Source: an uncultured Verrucomicrobiae bacterium
GTDB taxonomy: Bacteria > Verrucomicrobiota > Verrucomicrobiia > Opitutales > Opitutaceae
Reading direction: 5' to 3'
Assembly (NCBI GenBank): GCA_963705935.1
Contig: OY970130.1
Location: 520,676-584,675, forward strand
DNA: 64,000 nt
Part shown: positions 1-10,270 of the stretch, piece after piece
Layout: each line of letters begins with the position of its first letter
Position numbering within the stretch: position 1 is the stretch's first letter
Made by a program: the position numbers and the translations under genes
The notes under the pieces: generated by a model
What the model saw: the letters and a program-made list of their open reading frames with translations, nothing else
Told to the model about the DNA's origin: nothing
Databases searched by the model: none

Positions 1-216
1 GTCATCAGGGAATTCCTAATGCGACCGCGGGAATTCGGAAGAGGGTGGGGCCAGGTCTCGCGCGGGTCGCGGTGTCTTCGATCCGGCGCGCAGAGCAGGT
101 TCGGCGGCATCGGTCTGCCGTCGTAGACCGACCCACTGCGTCAGCGGATGCCCGCGGGGCAAACAGGTTCGAGCCCGCCGGGAGGAGGCTTGCCCGCGCC
201 GCGGTTGGGACTGCGC

Positions 217-2847
217 CTATCTCGTGTCCAACGACGAGCGGATCGCGCGCAGGAGCTCCGGCGCGTCGAACGGCTTGTGCAGCAGCGTGAGCCGCTCTTC
301 GGCCTCCGCCGGCGCGACCGTCTGGCTGTAGCCGGTGCACAGGACCACGCGCAGTTCGGGTTTTTCCGCGCGCAGCTTCGCCGTCAACTCCCGGCCATCC
401 ATCCCCTCGGGCATGACCATGTCCGTCAGCAGCAGCGAAATTTCGTCGCGGTGATCCTGCCAGATCGCGATCGCCTCCGGACCGCTGGCGGCTTCGAGCA
501 CCCGGTATCCACCGAGCTGCAACGAACGCGTCATGACCGACCGGACGTGGGGATTGTCCTCCGCGACGAGAATGGCCTCACCGCGCCCGCGGGCCGGCAC
601 GGGTGGGTCCGCTTCCCGCTGCGGGTTGGCGGTCGAACTCGCCACCGGAAGAAAGACCGAAAAGGTGGTCCCTCGTTTGGGCGCGGTCTCGAGTTCGATC
701 CACCCGTGATGCTGTTTGACGATGCCGTAGACAGTGGCGAGCCCGAGCCCCGTGCCCTTGCCCACCGGCTTTGTCGTGAAGAAGGGCTCGAAGATCCGCT
801 GGCGCGTTTTTTCGTCCATTCCGCAGCCCGTGTCGGCGACGTCGAGCCGGACGTAATGCCCGCTCTGCGCTTCCGGGTGTCGCGCCGCGGCCACGGGCGT
901 GACTTCGACCGCGCCCGTCCGCAGGGTCAGACGGCCGCCGGCTTCCATCGCGTCGCGGGCATTGACGCACAAATTGATGGCCACCTGCTCGATCATGCCC
1001 AGGTCGGCTTCGATCGTCGGCAGGGGCTCGGAGCCGTGTTCGATGACCACGGCGATGTGTTCGCCGAGCAGCCGGGAAAGCATCTCCATCAGTCCGGCCA
1101 GCACCTGGTCGAGATCCAGGTGCTGCGGCTCGATCGCCTGCTGGCGGCTGAACGTCAGCAGCTGGCGGGTCAGTCCCGCGCCCCGCTTCACTTCCTTCTG
1201 CAATTCCTTCAGCATTCCGCGCAGGTTCGGCTCGATCGAGGGCTCGTCCTGAAGAATCCCCAGATACATCAGCACGGCGGCGAGGATGTTGTTGAAGTCG
1301 TGGGCCACGCCGCCGGCGAGCTGCCCGACGGCCTCCATTTTCTGCGCCTGGCGGAATTGCTCCTCCAGGATCCGGCGCTGGGTGATGTCCTGTTTCACCA
1401 CCACGAAATGTGTGATCTCGCCGCCCTGCAGCCGGACCGGAGTGATGGTGGTCTCGTCCTGGACCAGCGCCCCGTCCTTGCGGCGGTTGGTGATCTCCCC
1501 CCGCCAGACGTTGCCCATCCGGATCGATTTCCGCATCTCTTCGAGGAACCCCGGACTGTGCTGCCCGCTGTCGAGCAGTTCGCAAAACGTGTGCCCGGTG
1601 GATTCGGCCGGTGCATAGCCGCTGAACCGCGTGAATGCCGGGTTGGACCACTGGATCATGCCGTCCCGATCCATGATCACGATGGTGTTCGCCGCCGCCT
1701 CCAGCGCGCAGCTCTGGAGCCGCGACAATGACTCGATCCGCCGCTGGTCGGTGACGTCGCGCCAGCTCGAAAGCAGCAGATGGCGTCCGCCAACGTCCAG
1801 CTGGTCGGCGGAGTACAGGACGCGAAGCACGTCGCCGTCCTTCTTCCGGACCGGAATCTCGACATCCTGGAGGCGCCCCTCCGCGATCACCCGCTGCCGC
1901 AGTTTCTCGCGGAGCACCGGATCCACCCAGCCGATGTCGGTCGTCCGCCGGCCGATCAGTTCTTCACGCCGGAAACCCGAAAGCGCGAGGAATTGTTCGT
2001 TCACCTCGACGAAGACGCCGTCCTCGAGTTGGGTGAGCGCCATCATCACGGACGAGCACTGGAAGGCCTTGCCGAACTTCGACTCGCTCTCCCGTAACGC
2101 CTGCTCGGCGAGTTTCCGCCCGGTGATGTCGCGGGTGAAACCAAACAGCCTTCCGCCGGAGCCCGGAAGATGGTTCACGCTCACGTCCACGTTCAGAACG
2201 GAGCCATCCCGGCGAAGGTGCGTCGTCTTGAACCGGCAGGCGCCGGCCTGGACGATCTGTGCAATCTGCTGCGGGACGAACGCGCGCTCTTCCGTCGCAG
2301 TGAGGTCGGCGATTGTGCAGCACAGGAGTTCCGCGCGGCTGTACCCGCTCATCCGGCAATACGCGTCGTTGACATCGATCAGCCGGCCGGTGAGGTCCGC
2401 GATCCAGAATCCATCCAATGCCATCTGCAGGATTGCGGCATGCTCCTCGCGCGCTTCTCGCACCCTATCTCCACCCCGGCGGCGGCAGAGCGCGATCTGG
2501 ACGACCACCCTCAGCTGACGCTCGTCGTAGGGCGGCGTGAGGTAGCCGAACGGCTCCGCCGGCATCGCCGCGCGTTGACTCTCGTCGTCGGCAGCACCGC
2601 AAAGAAAAAACACTGCGACCTCGAATTGCTGGCGTAATGCCTGTGCCACGGCGATGCCGCCGAGGCGCGCGCCGTCCAGATCAAGGCTGACCAACGCGAT
2701 TTCCGGCTCGAGTTCGCCGGCCAGTTGCAGGGCCCGCCGCCCGTCGGCACATGTCGCGACGGGTTCGTGCCCCAACGCAGTCAGGCCGGCGTGAATTTGT
2801 TGAGCGGCGGTGGGATCGGATTCAATGAGCAGGATCTTTGGTCGCAC
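217..2847 (-). CDS. Hybrid sensor histidine kinase (pseudo-REC, three PAS, HisKA, HATPase, REC)
   Basis: H-box [12 protein letters not shown]; IFEPFFTTK and GKGTGLGL boxes; three PAS-like segments; C-terminal receiver LLLTDMVMP. Confidence 0.93.
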   Translation of the reverse strand: MRPKILLIESDPTAAQQIHAGLTALGHEPVATCADGRRALQLAGELEPEIALVSLDLDGARLGGIAVAQALRQQFEVAVFFLCGAADDESQRAAMPAEPFGYLTPPYDERQLRVVVQIALCRRRGGDRVREAREEHAAILQMALDGFWIADLTGRLIDVNDAYCRMSGYSRAELLCCTIADLTATEERAFVPQQIAQIVQAGACRFKTTHLRRDGSVLNVDVSVNHLPGSGGRLFGFTRDITGRKLAEQALRESESKFGKAFQCSSVMMALTQLEDGVFVEVNEQFLALSGFRREELIGRRTTDIGWVDPVLREKLRQRVIAEGRLQDVEIPVRKKDGDVLRVLYSADQLDVGGRHLLLSSWRDVTDQRRIESLSRLQSCALEAAANTIVIMDRDGMIQWSNPAFTRFSGYAPAESTGHTFCELLDSGQHSPGFLEEMRKSIRMGNVWRGEITNRRKDGALVQDETTITPVRLQGGEITHFVVVKQDITQRRILEEQFRQAQKMEAVGQLAGGVAHDFNNILAAVLMYLGILQDEPSIEPNLRGMLKELQKEVKRGAGLTRQLLTFSRQQAIEPQHLDLDQVLAGLMEMLSRLLGEHIAVVIEHGSEPLPTIEADLGMIEQVAINLCVNARDAMEAGGRLTLRTGAVEVTPVAAARHPEAQSGHYVRLDVADTGCGMDEKTRQRIFEPFFTTKPVGKGTGLGLATVYGIVKQHHGWIELETAPKRGTTFSVFLPVASSTANPQREADPPVPARGRGEAILVAEDNPHVRSVMTRSLQLGGYRVLEAASGPEAIAIWQDHRDEISLLLTDMVMPEGMDGRELTAKLRAEKPELRVVLCTGYSQTVAPAEAEERLTLLHKPFDAPELLRAIRSSLDTR

Positions 2848-3078
2848 GGGTCAGCAGGGTTCACGGTGAGGCAAAGGGACGGCTGCCAGGAGGTTCAGAG
2901 TTCCAGCGCCCGGATTCGACGCAAGTGCGCTGCATGCATTCCCGGTACCATCGTCGCACCACGCTGCGGACTTGAGTCGCTTCAGCCCTCCCGACAGTCG
3001 AATTGCACGTTGATCTAAGGAACGCATTTCTCTTGTGTTAGGAGAGCTCCACCCTCGAATGCGGTCTGCGCGCCCAAA

Positions 3079-3723
3079 ATGAACAAGCCTGTTCGGATCT
3101 ATCTGATCGACGATCACAAGATCATGCGCGCCGGCTTGTCGTTGCTGCTCCGCCGGCCGGACATGACAATCGTCGGCCAGTCGGGCGATGCCGGGACGGC
3201 TTTCCAGGGCATTGGGGAACTCCTTCCAGATTTGCTCGTGATGGATTTGCACATCGGGAAGGACTGCGGCGTGAGCCTTACCCGGCGGGTCCGCGCGGCC
3301 TATCCGGAGATCCGCATCGTCGTGCTGACCGCCCACGCCGAGCCGGAACTGGTGAACGAAGCTCTGCGCGCAGGAGCCAACGGGCTGGTGTTCAAGTCGA
3401 ATGCCGAAACCGAGCTGATTCAGGCGGTGCGCACGGCGATGTCGGGCGGAATGTTTCTCTCGCCCGAAGCCGCGGCGATTGTCGTGCGGGAACTGCAGAC
3501 CAATTCACGCGAGGCACCGGCGGCTCCCGGACTGTCGGATCGCGAGACGCAGGTGCTGCGCGGTATCGCCGAAGGCCAAAGCACGAAAGAAATCGCCTTC
3601 GCGCTGAAGGTCAGCCCGAAGACCGTGGAGGCGCAACGCGCGAAGCTGATGGCAAAGCTCGCAGTTACCGGCGTTGCCGGGCTGACCAAGCACGCCCTGC
3701 GGCTCGGACTCACCAAGCTTTAG
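3079..3723 (+). CDS. NarL/LuxR-family response regulator
   Basis: IYLIDDH...LLVMDL receiver; C-terminal LSDRETQVL...STKEIA...SPKTVE HTH. Confidence 0.93.
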   Translation: MNKPVRIYLIDDHKIMRAGLSLLLRRPDMTIVGQSGDAGTAFQGIGELLPDLLVMDLHIGKDCGVSLTRRVRAAYPEIRIVVLTAHAEPELVNEALRAGANGLVFKSNAETELIQAVRTAMSGGMFLSPEAAAIVVRELQTNSREAPAAPGLSDRETQVLRGIAEGQSTKEIAFALKVSPKTVEAQRAKLMAKLAVTGVAGLTKHALRLGLTKL

Positions 3724-3849
3724 CTAGAGCTTGTCCCAGAAACGCTGATTTTGCGCGGTTAGTGTCTCTTGTAGCCGGCCTCGCCGAGGCCGGTCCGGGG
3801 TCGGCGACCCCGGCTACAGCTCGATCCCGCGCCCTGGGACAAGCTTTAG
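3724..3849. mobile_element. MITE-like element with 16-bp inverted ends enclosing a REP doublet
   Basis: ctagagcttgtcccag (3724-3739) vs ctgggacaagctttag (3834-3849), one mismatch; no ORF inside. Confidence 0.55.
3771..3817. repeat. GTAG-type REP doublet (two inverted REPs)
   Basis: GTAG-ccggcctc-gcc-gaggccgg followed by ccggggtc-ggc-gaccccgg-CTAC. Confidence 0.8.
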
Positions 3850-3859
3850 TTGGTTAGCC

Positions 3860-3890
3860 CGGATATTTCGCGAACGTCGCGAAATATCCG
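3860..3890. terminator. 14-bp perfect hairpin between convergent genes, possible terminator
   Basis: cggatatttcgcga-acg-tcgcgaaatatccg; no clear U tract. Confidence 0.4.
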
Positions 3891-3991
3891 CCCTCTGGGC
3901 CGACTTTGTCGGGGCCAACCGCAACGAAATCGCTCCGGCGCAGGCGGACGAAAATTCGGACGCTTCAACACTCTGTTCGTGAAAATTCGGG

Positions 3992-6900
3992 TCAGCACGC
4001 ATTCGGCCCGACGGGCGACGTTTCGCTCGCGGATCGGGCCAGCCAGCCGGCGAGCTCGTCGTCCGTCCGGATGGTCGTCCCGGTTTGGTATTCCGGGCCG
4101 AGCAAGCCGAGATAGCCCGGCTCGACGAAGCGGCGGCAGTGCAGAATCACGCGGGCCCGCTGGCCGGGGGCGCGCACCAGCCGGCCCAGCGCCTGGTTCA
4201 CCTTGGTCATGCCCGGAATCTGATATACGCGCCGGAACGCCTCCTCGCGGCTCGGCACGATGCGAACGGCTTCCGCCAGCCGTGCCCGCTGCACCGGGTT
4301 GACCTCGGGCAGAGCCGGCCCAACCACCAGCGCGTGACCGATGCGGCCGCCGAGCGCATCGATGCTCTCGGCGAAGCTCGATCCCAGGACCAGAAACAGA
4401 ACGTCTGCGGAGCGCAGCGACTCGGCGACCCACGCGGACTGCGCCGCGAGGTCCCGCCCCCGCGGCTGGATCGCCACGCGCACGGACGGGGCGACGGACT
4501 CCATTTCGCGTCGGATGGATTCGGCGTAGGCGTAGGAAGGGAAGAACACCGCCACGCCTCCCGGTCCGCGATCCGGGTTGGATTGCCGGATGGCGGGTGC
4601 GTGGGCCAGCTCAGGCGATGAGACCTGCGTATCATGGAATCCGGCCTCGACGCTGTGACGACTGTCAGTTCCCGGAACGGCGGCGGCGTGGTGCAGCGCC
4701 GCGATCGTCGACGCGGTGGTGGTGTAGTGGAGCGACCGGTGCTGGAACGTGGTGTCGACCCGGACGTCGTACGCCACGTCGTAGCTTGCATCGCGCCACG
4801 GAGTGCGCGCACGGAGAAGGGCCGGACGCACGGCGTCCCGCGATTCCTCGACCCGCAGCAACTCGGCGCCGGTCGTGAGCTGCCGGTAGAGTTTTTTCGT
4901 CACGCGCTTGTTCAGGGTTCCCAGCCGTTCCGGCATGGCGCGCGCCGGCAAGTCCGCCGCACCGGCGGCCTCAGCCGTAGGCCGCGAGCTCGCTCGCGCC
5001 TCCGCTCCGCCTGCCTCGGACTCGAACGTAGGCTGCGAGCTTGCTCGCGCTTCGGTGCTCGCGCCGGGTTCCGGCGTAGGCCGCGAGCTCGCTCGCGCCT
5101 CCGCTCCGCCTGCGTCAGGTTCGGGCGTAGGCCGCGAGCTCGCTCGCGCTTCCGTTCCGCCTGCCTCGGACTCGAACGTAGGCTGCGAGCTTGCTCGCGC
5201 TTCGGTGCTCGCGCTGGGTTCGGGCGTAGGCCGCGAGCTTGCTCGCGCTTCGGTGCTCGCGCCGGGCTCCGGCGTAGGCTGCGAGCTCGCTCGCGCCTCC
5301 GTTCCGCCTGCCTCGGACTCGAACGTAGGCCGCGAGCTCGCTCGCGCTTCGGTGCTCGCGCCGGGTTCCGGCGTAGGCTGCGAGCTTGCTCGCGCCTCCG
5401 TTCCGGTTGTGGCCAGATCGCGCGAGCGAGCTGGCGGCCTACGGGATTGGTCTGCGGCCGGCGCGACTGCGTCCAAGCCGCATGCCGCCGCAAAGCCCTC
5501 GACCGGCGAGAGCGTCGCACTCGCCAGCACCACGCCCCCGAATTCTCGCAGCGTGGCGCCGATCGCGCTGGCGGCGTCGAGACAGGTCACCGCCAGCTCG
5601 CGGTCCGCCGGGCTCCACCACAACCGTGGCAGGTCCGTGGCGGCCAGCTCCTCGACAAACGCGGGGATGGTCCAAAGCAGATCCGATACTGCCGGACCGA
5701 GCGCCGCCAGATCGAGCGCCGTGCCCGAAACCTGCCGGCCGATCTCGGACAGCAGCTGGCGGGCGTCGTCCTCTTCCGCGGCCGCAAGCCCGTGGTTGGC
5801 CCGGAGGTGATCGAGAAAGTGACACCAGTGTTCCCAGGCGGTGACCAGCGATGCGACGGGCCGGGTGCGGTGCAGTTCGTCGCGCACCGTGAACGCATCC
5901 GCCGCGTCGAAGTCGCGGGAGTAGACGTCCGCCACACGCGAGGGCAGGTTGTGCGCCTCGTCGAGCACCAGCAAGGTGCGGGCCGGAGTGAAGCCGGGTT
6001 GGTCGTAGAACAGGCCGCGATTGCGCGGCGCGAACACGTAGTTGTAGTCGCCGATCCACACGTCGTTGAACGCGAGCGCGGCACGGGTGATTTCGTAGGG
6101 GCAGATCAGCGCGGCGCGTCCGGCTGAACGCAGCGTCTCGATGTCGCGGGCGTGCCGCTCGTCGACATAGAACCGGGCCAGTCCGCTGACGGGCCAGCGC
6201 GCCGCCGCGTCCGCGAGATAGGCGCAGTTCTCGCGCACGCAGTGAAAGGTGTGGTTGATGCAGTGTTCGCTCTTGTTGCGCACGTGCCAGACGGCGACAC
6301 CGGACGCCGGCGCGGATCCGGTTTCCGCGAACCGGTCCATCGCACGCTCCACCGATCGAGCCTCGCCGGCACGTCGGCCGGCGGGCGGGGCGGCGCTCTC
6401 CGGGCTCGCCACCCGGCCGTCCGGCGTCGGCTGCCCGTTCGCCGTGATGCGGCCGCCCTCCGTCTTTTCCGACCGGGTCATCTTCGCGAGCGTTTGCACC
6501 ACCTGCAGCTGTCCGGTCGATTTGCTGGTGAGATACAGCAGGCGGTCGAAATGCCCGGAGCGCAGCTGGGCGAGCGCGAACTCGAGCAGCACTCCCGTCT
6601 TGCCGAATCCCGTCGGCGCCTCGAACAGCACCAGCGGGTGCCGCTCGAACATCGCGGTGAGATCCGCTTCCGTCGTTTCCTGGCCGGGCCGCGGGCAGTC
6701 GAACGCCGGACGGAAACGCAGATGACGCAGCCGCTCCCGCGCCCGCAGCCGAAGGTCGAGAAACTCCACGACCCGCTCGAGCTGCACCTTGAAGAACGCC
6801 TCGTCGCCCGCGGTCAGCGGGATCGTCTGCGCGAGCCCGCTCGCCACTTCGACGAACCACAGCTCCGAACGCACCCCCGCAATGTCATATAAGGTACGAC

Positions 6901-7306
6901 TTTGACCCAGCCCGCCGAGCCGGGTCAGCACGCCGTAGGTCGCGAGCTGGGCGAAGTAGTCGGGGTACGCGGCGCGCAGCTCGCTCTCGTCCGCCGGCAA
7001 TTCGCGCGTCACCGTCTTGATCTCGCGCAGGGTGATTTCGCCGTTCGTGCGCCGGAGCTGGTCGATGCGGCCGGTCAGCGCGATCGTCCATCCGTGGTGC
7101 ACGACCCGCCCTGCGATCGGCACCTCGAATTCGATCGCGGGCGTTTCCGACGCGGCGCGGGCCCGCAGCTCGTTGTGCCAGTGCGTTCCGAGCTGGGCGC
7201 GCCAGACACCCTGCGGACCGCCGGTGGCGTCGCGCGGACCCGTGACGAACGCCGAGAACTCGCCCACGCTCAGGCTGGCGGTGCGCTGGTCGAGGTCGAA
7301 GTCCAT
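3992..7306 (-). CDS. DinG/XPD(Rad3)-family ATP-dependent DNA helicase with N-terminal PD-(D/E)XK nuclease; contains in-frame REP array
   Basis: GRIDQL..EIKT..QLATY nuclease; EAPTGFGKT Walker A; four Cys ending in CPYE (Fe-S); LDEAHNL; SAT; FFPSY; QALGRLVR. Start set at MDFDLD (7306); ORF is open to 7393. Confidence 0.88.
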   Translation of the reverse strand: MDFDLDQRTASLSVGEFSAFVTGPRDATGGPQGVWRAQLGTHWHNELRARAASETPAIEFEVPIAGRVVHHGWTIALTGRIDQLRRTNGEITLREIKTVTRELPADESELRAAYPDYFAQLATYGVLTRLGGLGQSRTLYDIAGVRSELWFVEVASGLAQTIPLTAGDEAFFKVQLERVVEFLDLRLRARERLRHLRFRPAFDCPRPGQETTEADLTAMFERHPLVLFEAPTGFGKTGVLLEFALAQLRSGHFDRLLYLTSKSTGQLQVVQTLAKMTRSEKTEGGRITANGQPTPDGRVASPESAAPPAGRRAGEARSVERAMDRFAETGSAPASGVAVWHVRNKSEHCINHTFHCVRENCAYLADAAARWPVSGLARFYVDERHARDIETLRSAGRAALICPYEITRAALAFNDVWIGDYNYVFAPRNRGLFYDQPGFTPARTLLVLDEAHNLPSRVADVYSRDFDAADAFTVRDELHRTRPVASLVTAWEHWCHFLDHLRANHGLAAAEEDDARQLLSEIGRQVSGTALDLAALGPAVSDLLWTIPAFVEELAATDLPRLWWSPADRELAVTCLDAASAIGATLREFGGVVLASATLSPVEGFAAACGLDAVAPAADQSRRPPARSRDLATTGTEARASSQPTPEPGASTEARASSRPTFESEAGGTEARASSQPTPEPGASTEARASSRPTPEPSASTEARASSQPTFESEAGGTEARASSRPTPEPDAGGAEARASSRPTPEPGASTEARASSQPTFESEAGGAEARASSRPTAEAAGAADLPARAMPERLGTLNKRVTKKLYRQLTTGAELLRVEESRDAVRPALLRARTPWRDASYDVAYDVRVDTTFQHRSLHYTTTASTIAALHHAAAVPGTDSRHSVEAGFHDTQVSSPELAHAPAIRQSNPDRGPGGVAVFFPSYAYAESIRREMESVAPSVRVAIQPRGRDLAAQSAWVAESLRSADVLFLVLGSSFAESIDALGGRIGHALVVGPALPEVNPVQRARLAEAVRIVPSREEAFRRVYQIPGMTKVNQALGRLVRAPGQRARVILHCRRFVEPGYLGLLGPEYQTGTTIRTDDELAGWLARSASETSPVGPNAC
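4977..5442 (+). repeat. Intragenic REP array: 9 direct copies plus 1 inverted copy of GTAGGCYGCGAGCTYGCTCGCGC
   Basis: Copies start at 4977, 5028, 5076, 5127, 5178, 5226, 5274, 5325, 5373 (48 or 51 bp period); inverted copy at 5420-5442. Confidence 0.92.
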
Positions 7307-7380
7307 CGGTGCACACGAAAACCACGAACGCGGTGAAAAGAAAGCCCGGGTTGCGGCGGGCTCGACGACCGTACGCGAAT

Positions 7381-7671
7381 TGGAGGACGACATCCGCGTC
7401 TCGTCCGCCGATCGATACGCGCGGACCGGACGGAGCCGGTCCCTCCGCGAGGCAATGGACGGCAGGGACGGTCGTCCCTCGCATTGGATTCGGTTGTAGG
7501 AACATCGCTACGCCGCGACCGGATGGCCGGCGATCACCTCGTTCGGGAATGGAGGGACCGGCTTCGTCCGGTCCGCGAAGGTCGCTCGATGCTCGCGGAC
7601 GACACGGAGGTCGTCCCTCCACTCCTGCACGCCTCGATCCTCGCGGAAAACACGGAAGTCGTCGTCCCTCC
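7381..7671. repeat. GGAG-type REP-like palindrome cluster
   Basis: GGAG-ggaccgg-cttcgt-ccggtcc (7551-7574) with inverted ggacgac-acggag-gtcgtcc-CTCC (7597-7620); related pair at 7381-7446; degenerate copy near 7645-7671. Confidence 0.7.
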
Positions 7672-7703
7672 GCGGCCATCCCAATCCGAGAATTGGTTCG
7701 CGG

Positions 7704-8321
7704 TCAGTCCAGCAGGATCTCGGTGTGGCCGCGGAGGTATTCCTCGAGCCGGCCGGTCAGCCGGGCGACGGCGTCGGGCGGGGCGGTTTGCTCCGCCAGC
7801 GGCCGGGCGAGGAGTCCGGTCACTTCCTCCCGGTCTGCCGCGGGCAGGCTGGGAAGCCACTGTTCCCGGAGCGGATAGCCCTGATCGCGGGCAAAGCGGT
7901 AGAGGCTCTTGAACCAGACGAGATCCGGCCGCGCGCCGGCGGCGAACGAGGCCAGCGCCTGCCGGAGCAGGGTGGCCACCTCGGCGCGGCCATCCTCCGG
8001 CACGGCATTGCGGGCTACGAGCGAGGCGAGGGCACACGCAAAGCGGAGCGAATCGTAGCTGCGGCCGATGTCCGGCAGCCGGCGGATCAGGCGCGCTTCG
8101 CGAACAAACCAGGTCTGGCCCTGGTTCGTGCTCTCGAGCGCGAGCGAGGCTTCGTCGAAAAGATCGAGGGGCGTCGATCCGGACGCCACTTTCCGGGTGA
8201 GGCGTTGCAGTACGAGCAGAGCGCCGTGCTTGGGTGCGAAAACGGTGAAGCTCTGAAACACGTCGCCCGGCGGGCGTTTCAGCAGAACGAAGGCATCAGT
8301 CTGGAGCGGCAGTCCCGGCAC
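7704..8321 (-). CDS. recO: DNA repair protein RecO
   Basis: N-terminal TDAFVLLK..FTVFAPKHG OB-fold pattern, LDLFDE; phoH-ybeY-recO context. Confidence 0.75.
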   Translation of the reverse strand: MPGLPLQTDAFVLLKRPPGDVFQSFTVFAPKHGALLVLQRLTRKVASGSTPLDLFDEASLALESTNQGQTWFVREARLIRRLPDIGRSYDSLRFACALASLVARNAVPEDGRAEVATLLRQALASFAAGARPDLVWFKSLYRFARDQGYPLREQWLPSLPAADREEVTGLLARPLAEQTAPPDAVARLTGRLEEYLRGHTEILLD

Positions 8322-8463
8322 GGTAAGCGGTGAGTTCGCGCGGCCTCATGGCCCCGCGGGCCGCGGCGGGCGGCTTCGAGAGCGCCGTCGCTCGCGCTCC
8401 ATTCCTCGGCCCGGGCCGGGTGCGGCGGATTGGGCCGGCGGCGACATGCGCGGATCTCCCGGG

Positions 8464-9132
8464 TCACTCGACGATCGCGGGGACCTTCGGCGTGGGGAAC
8501 GTCGGCACGACGGCTCCGCCGGAGATGACCATCTTCATCCCATCGCCGACGGACATGTCCAACTCGACGATCTTGTCCTTCGGCAGCAGCAGGAGGAACC
8601 CGCTGGTGGGGTTCGGAGTCGTGGGGACGAACACGGTCCAGATCTCCGGACCGATCCGCACGTGCGGCTCGCCCTGCTGCTTGTTGGTCAGGAAGCCCAG
8701 CGACCACAGGCCCTCGCGCGGGAACTGCACGAGCACGACCTTGCTGAACAGGTTGCGGTTCTGCGAGCTGAACGTGTCGACGATCTGCTTGACGGTGTTG
8801 TAGACGGGACCGACGCCGGGGATGCCGAGGATGATCCGTTCGCCGATCTCGAGGAAGAACTTGCCGAAGACGTAGCGGGAAAGATAGCCGAGCACCGTGA
8901 TGAGAAAGATCACGATGACCGTCGCGAGGATGTCCCACAGCACCGCCAGGCTCGGCTGGTCCCGCAGCTGGGCCGGGACATAGAAGAAGAAATACGGCCG
9001 GAAGGTGCCGCCGACGAGGTCGATGATCTTGCTGAAGGCCCAGACGGTGACGACGAGTGGCGCCAGCAGCAGGGCGCCGGAAAGGAATGCAGTGCGAAGA
9101 CTGACGACGGTCGAATGCGAGCGTTCGGACAT
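8464..9132 (-). CDS. DUF502 membrane protein
   Basis: FLSGALLLAPLVVT, VYNTVKQI, VFVPTTPNPTSGFL, MSVGDGMKMVISGG; start at MSERSH. Confidence 0.88.
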   Translation of the reverse strand: MSERSHSTVVSLRTAFLSGALLLAPLVVTVWAFSKIIDLVGGTFRPYFFFYVPAQLRDQPSLAVLWDILATVIVIFLITVLGYLSRYVFGKFFLEIGERIILGIPGVGPVYNTVKQIVDTFSSQNRNLFSKVVLVQFPREGLWSLGFLTNKQQGEPHVRIGPEIWTVFVPTTPNPTSGFLLLLPKDKIVELDMSVGDGMKMVISGGAVVPTFPTPKVPAIVE

Positions 9133-9226
9133 GAGAATGCGTGAGCAAACCGCGACCCTGCCGGGATGGCCAGCCGGAAGACGGTGCACGACAGTTTCCG
9201 ACGCCGCCCGCAACGCCGCCTCCGAC

Positions 9227-9406
9227 GTAGGAGCCTGCTTGCAGGCGATCACGCCAACCAGCGGCAACCGCCTGCCGATTCCGACGTAGGAGCCTGCTTG
9301 CAGGCGATCACGACCATCGTGCAAGGGGCCCCTGCGTGGGAGGCGCTGAGCGCGAGCAAGCTCGCGGCCTGCGGGGCGCTCGGATCGCCTGCAAGCAGGC
9401 TCCTAC
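9227..9406. repeat. GTAG REP cluster (GTAGGAGCCTGCTTGCAGGCGAT family)
   Basis: Direct copies at 9227 and 9286, inverted copy at 9384-9406; a helicase-type REP lies inverted at 9350-9372. Confidence 0.88.
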
Positions 9407-9503
9407 GCCGCCAACCGCCGACTCCGACGTCGGGTCCTGCCCGGAGGAGATCACCTCCCTCGCCAACCGCCGACTCTCTGCCCCCGTTCCACCTGCGCGG
9501 ACG

Positions 9504-10100
9504 TCAACGCCAGCCGAATCGCGGCAGCATGCCGGTGCGCCGCAGGAGGGCCATCGCCCGCGCCTCGGCGCGGCGCATCACCCTTTTCTTCGCCGGCTCG
9601 AGGTCGTCGTAGCCGGCGAGGTGCAGCCAGCCGTGCGCGATGTACAGGGTGAGCTCGGCTGAGAGCGGATCCGCCCCGGTGCGGCCGGGCCGCCTGGCAC
9701 CTGCGGGCGCAGATCGACCTCCGATTTCCTTCGCCACCCGCCGCGCGGCATCGGCCGAGACGCAGATTTCGCCGGCCACGCCGAGCGCCGGCTCGCCCGC
9801 AAACGTGATGACGTCCGTCGCCGACGGGTCGTCCAGAAACTCCGCATGCAGCCGCGCGAGAGCGGCATCGGTGAGAAACACGATCGAGAGTTCTCCGGGC
9901 GGGCAGGTCCGACGCGGCGCGCTGCGCCGCACCCCGGTGGCGGCGAACTCCGCATCGAGAACGCGAATCGCGCGCTCGAGCTCCGGGCGATCGAGGCGGA
10001 GCCGGGGATGGCGGTTGGCGACGGAAACGGCCCGGGTGTCGGCGGTCACGAAGCCATGGCCATTGCCGCTCGCAGGGCCTTCACGCAAGGCGGAAACCAA
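9504..10100 (-). CDS. ybeY: rRNA maturation RNase YbeY
   Basis: ELSIVF, TDVITF, GEICVS, HGWLHLAGYDD; true start may be GTG at 10049. Confidence 0.9.
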   Translation of the reverse strand: MVSALREGPASGNGHGFVTADTRAVSVANRHPRLRLDRPELERAIRVLDAEFAATGVRRSAPRRTCPPGELSIVFLTDAALARLHAEFLDDPSATDVITFAGEPALGVAGEICVSADAARRVAKEIGGRSAPAGARRPGRTGADPLSAELTLYIAHGWLHLAGYDDLEPAKKRVMRRAEARAMALLRRTGMLPRFGWR

Positions 10101-10270
10101 GATGTGGCCTGACGCACCGATCCTCCGTTGGATGCGCGCGCGTCGCAGTCATCAGAGCACGTGCTGCGCACCTGTCGGGTTTGGAATAACGGCATGATCC
10201 GCCGAAAGTTTGCTTTGCCACGGCGGCGGGGAAGGCAGAAGAGTCGGGCTTCACCGACCCCAGCTGGAGC

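Noticed and set aside
4977-5442. CRISPR array
   Set aside because: The spacers are reused variants of two or three sequences, the repeat is a GTAG REP found elsewhere in both orientations, the array is in frame within a gene, and there are no cas genes.
3992-7306. Type IV CRISPR CasDinG or Cas4 system
   Set aside because: Nuclease-XPD fusions are known stand-alone repair-type proteins; no csf/cas genes or true array are present.
9600-9640. Inactive YbeY (third His replaced, GYDD)
   Set aside because: The HGxLHLxGYDD variant is common in YbeY of several phyla.
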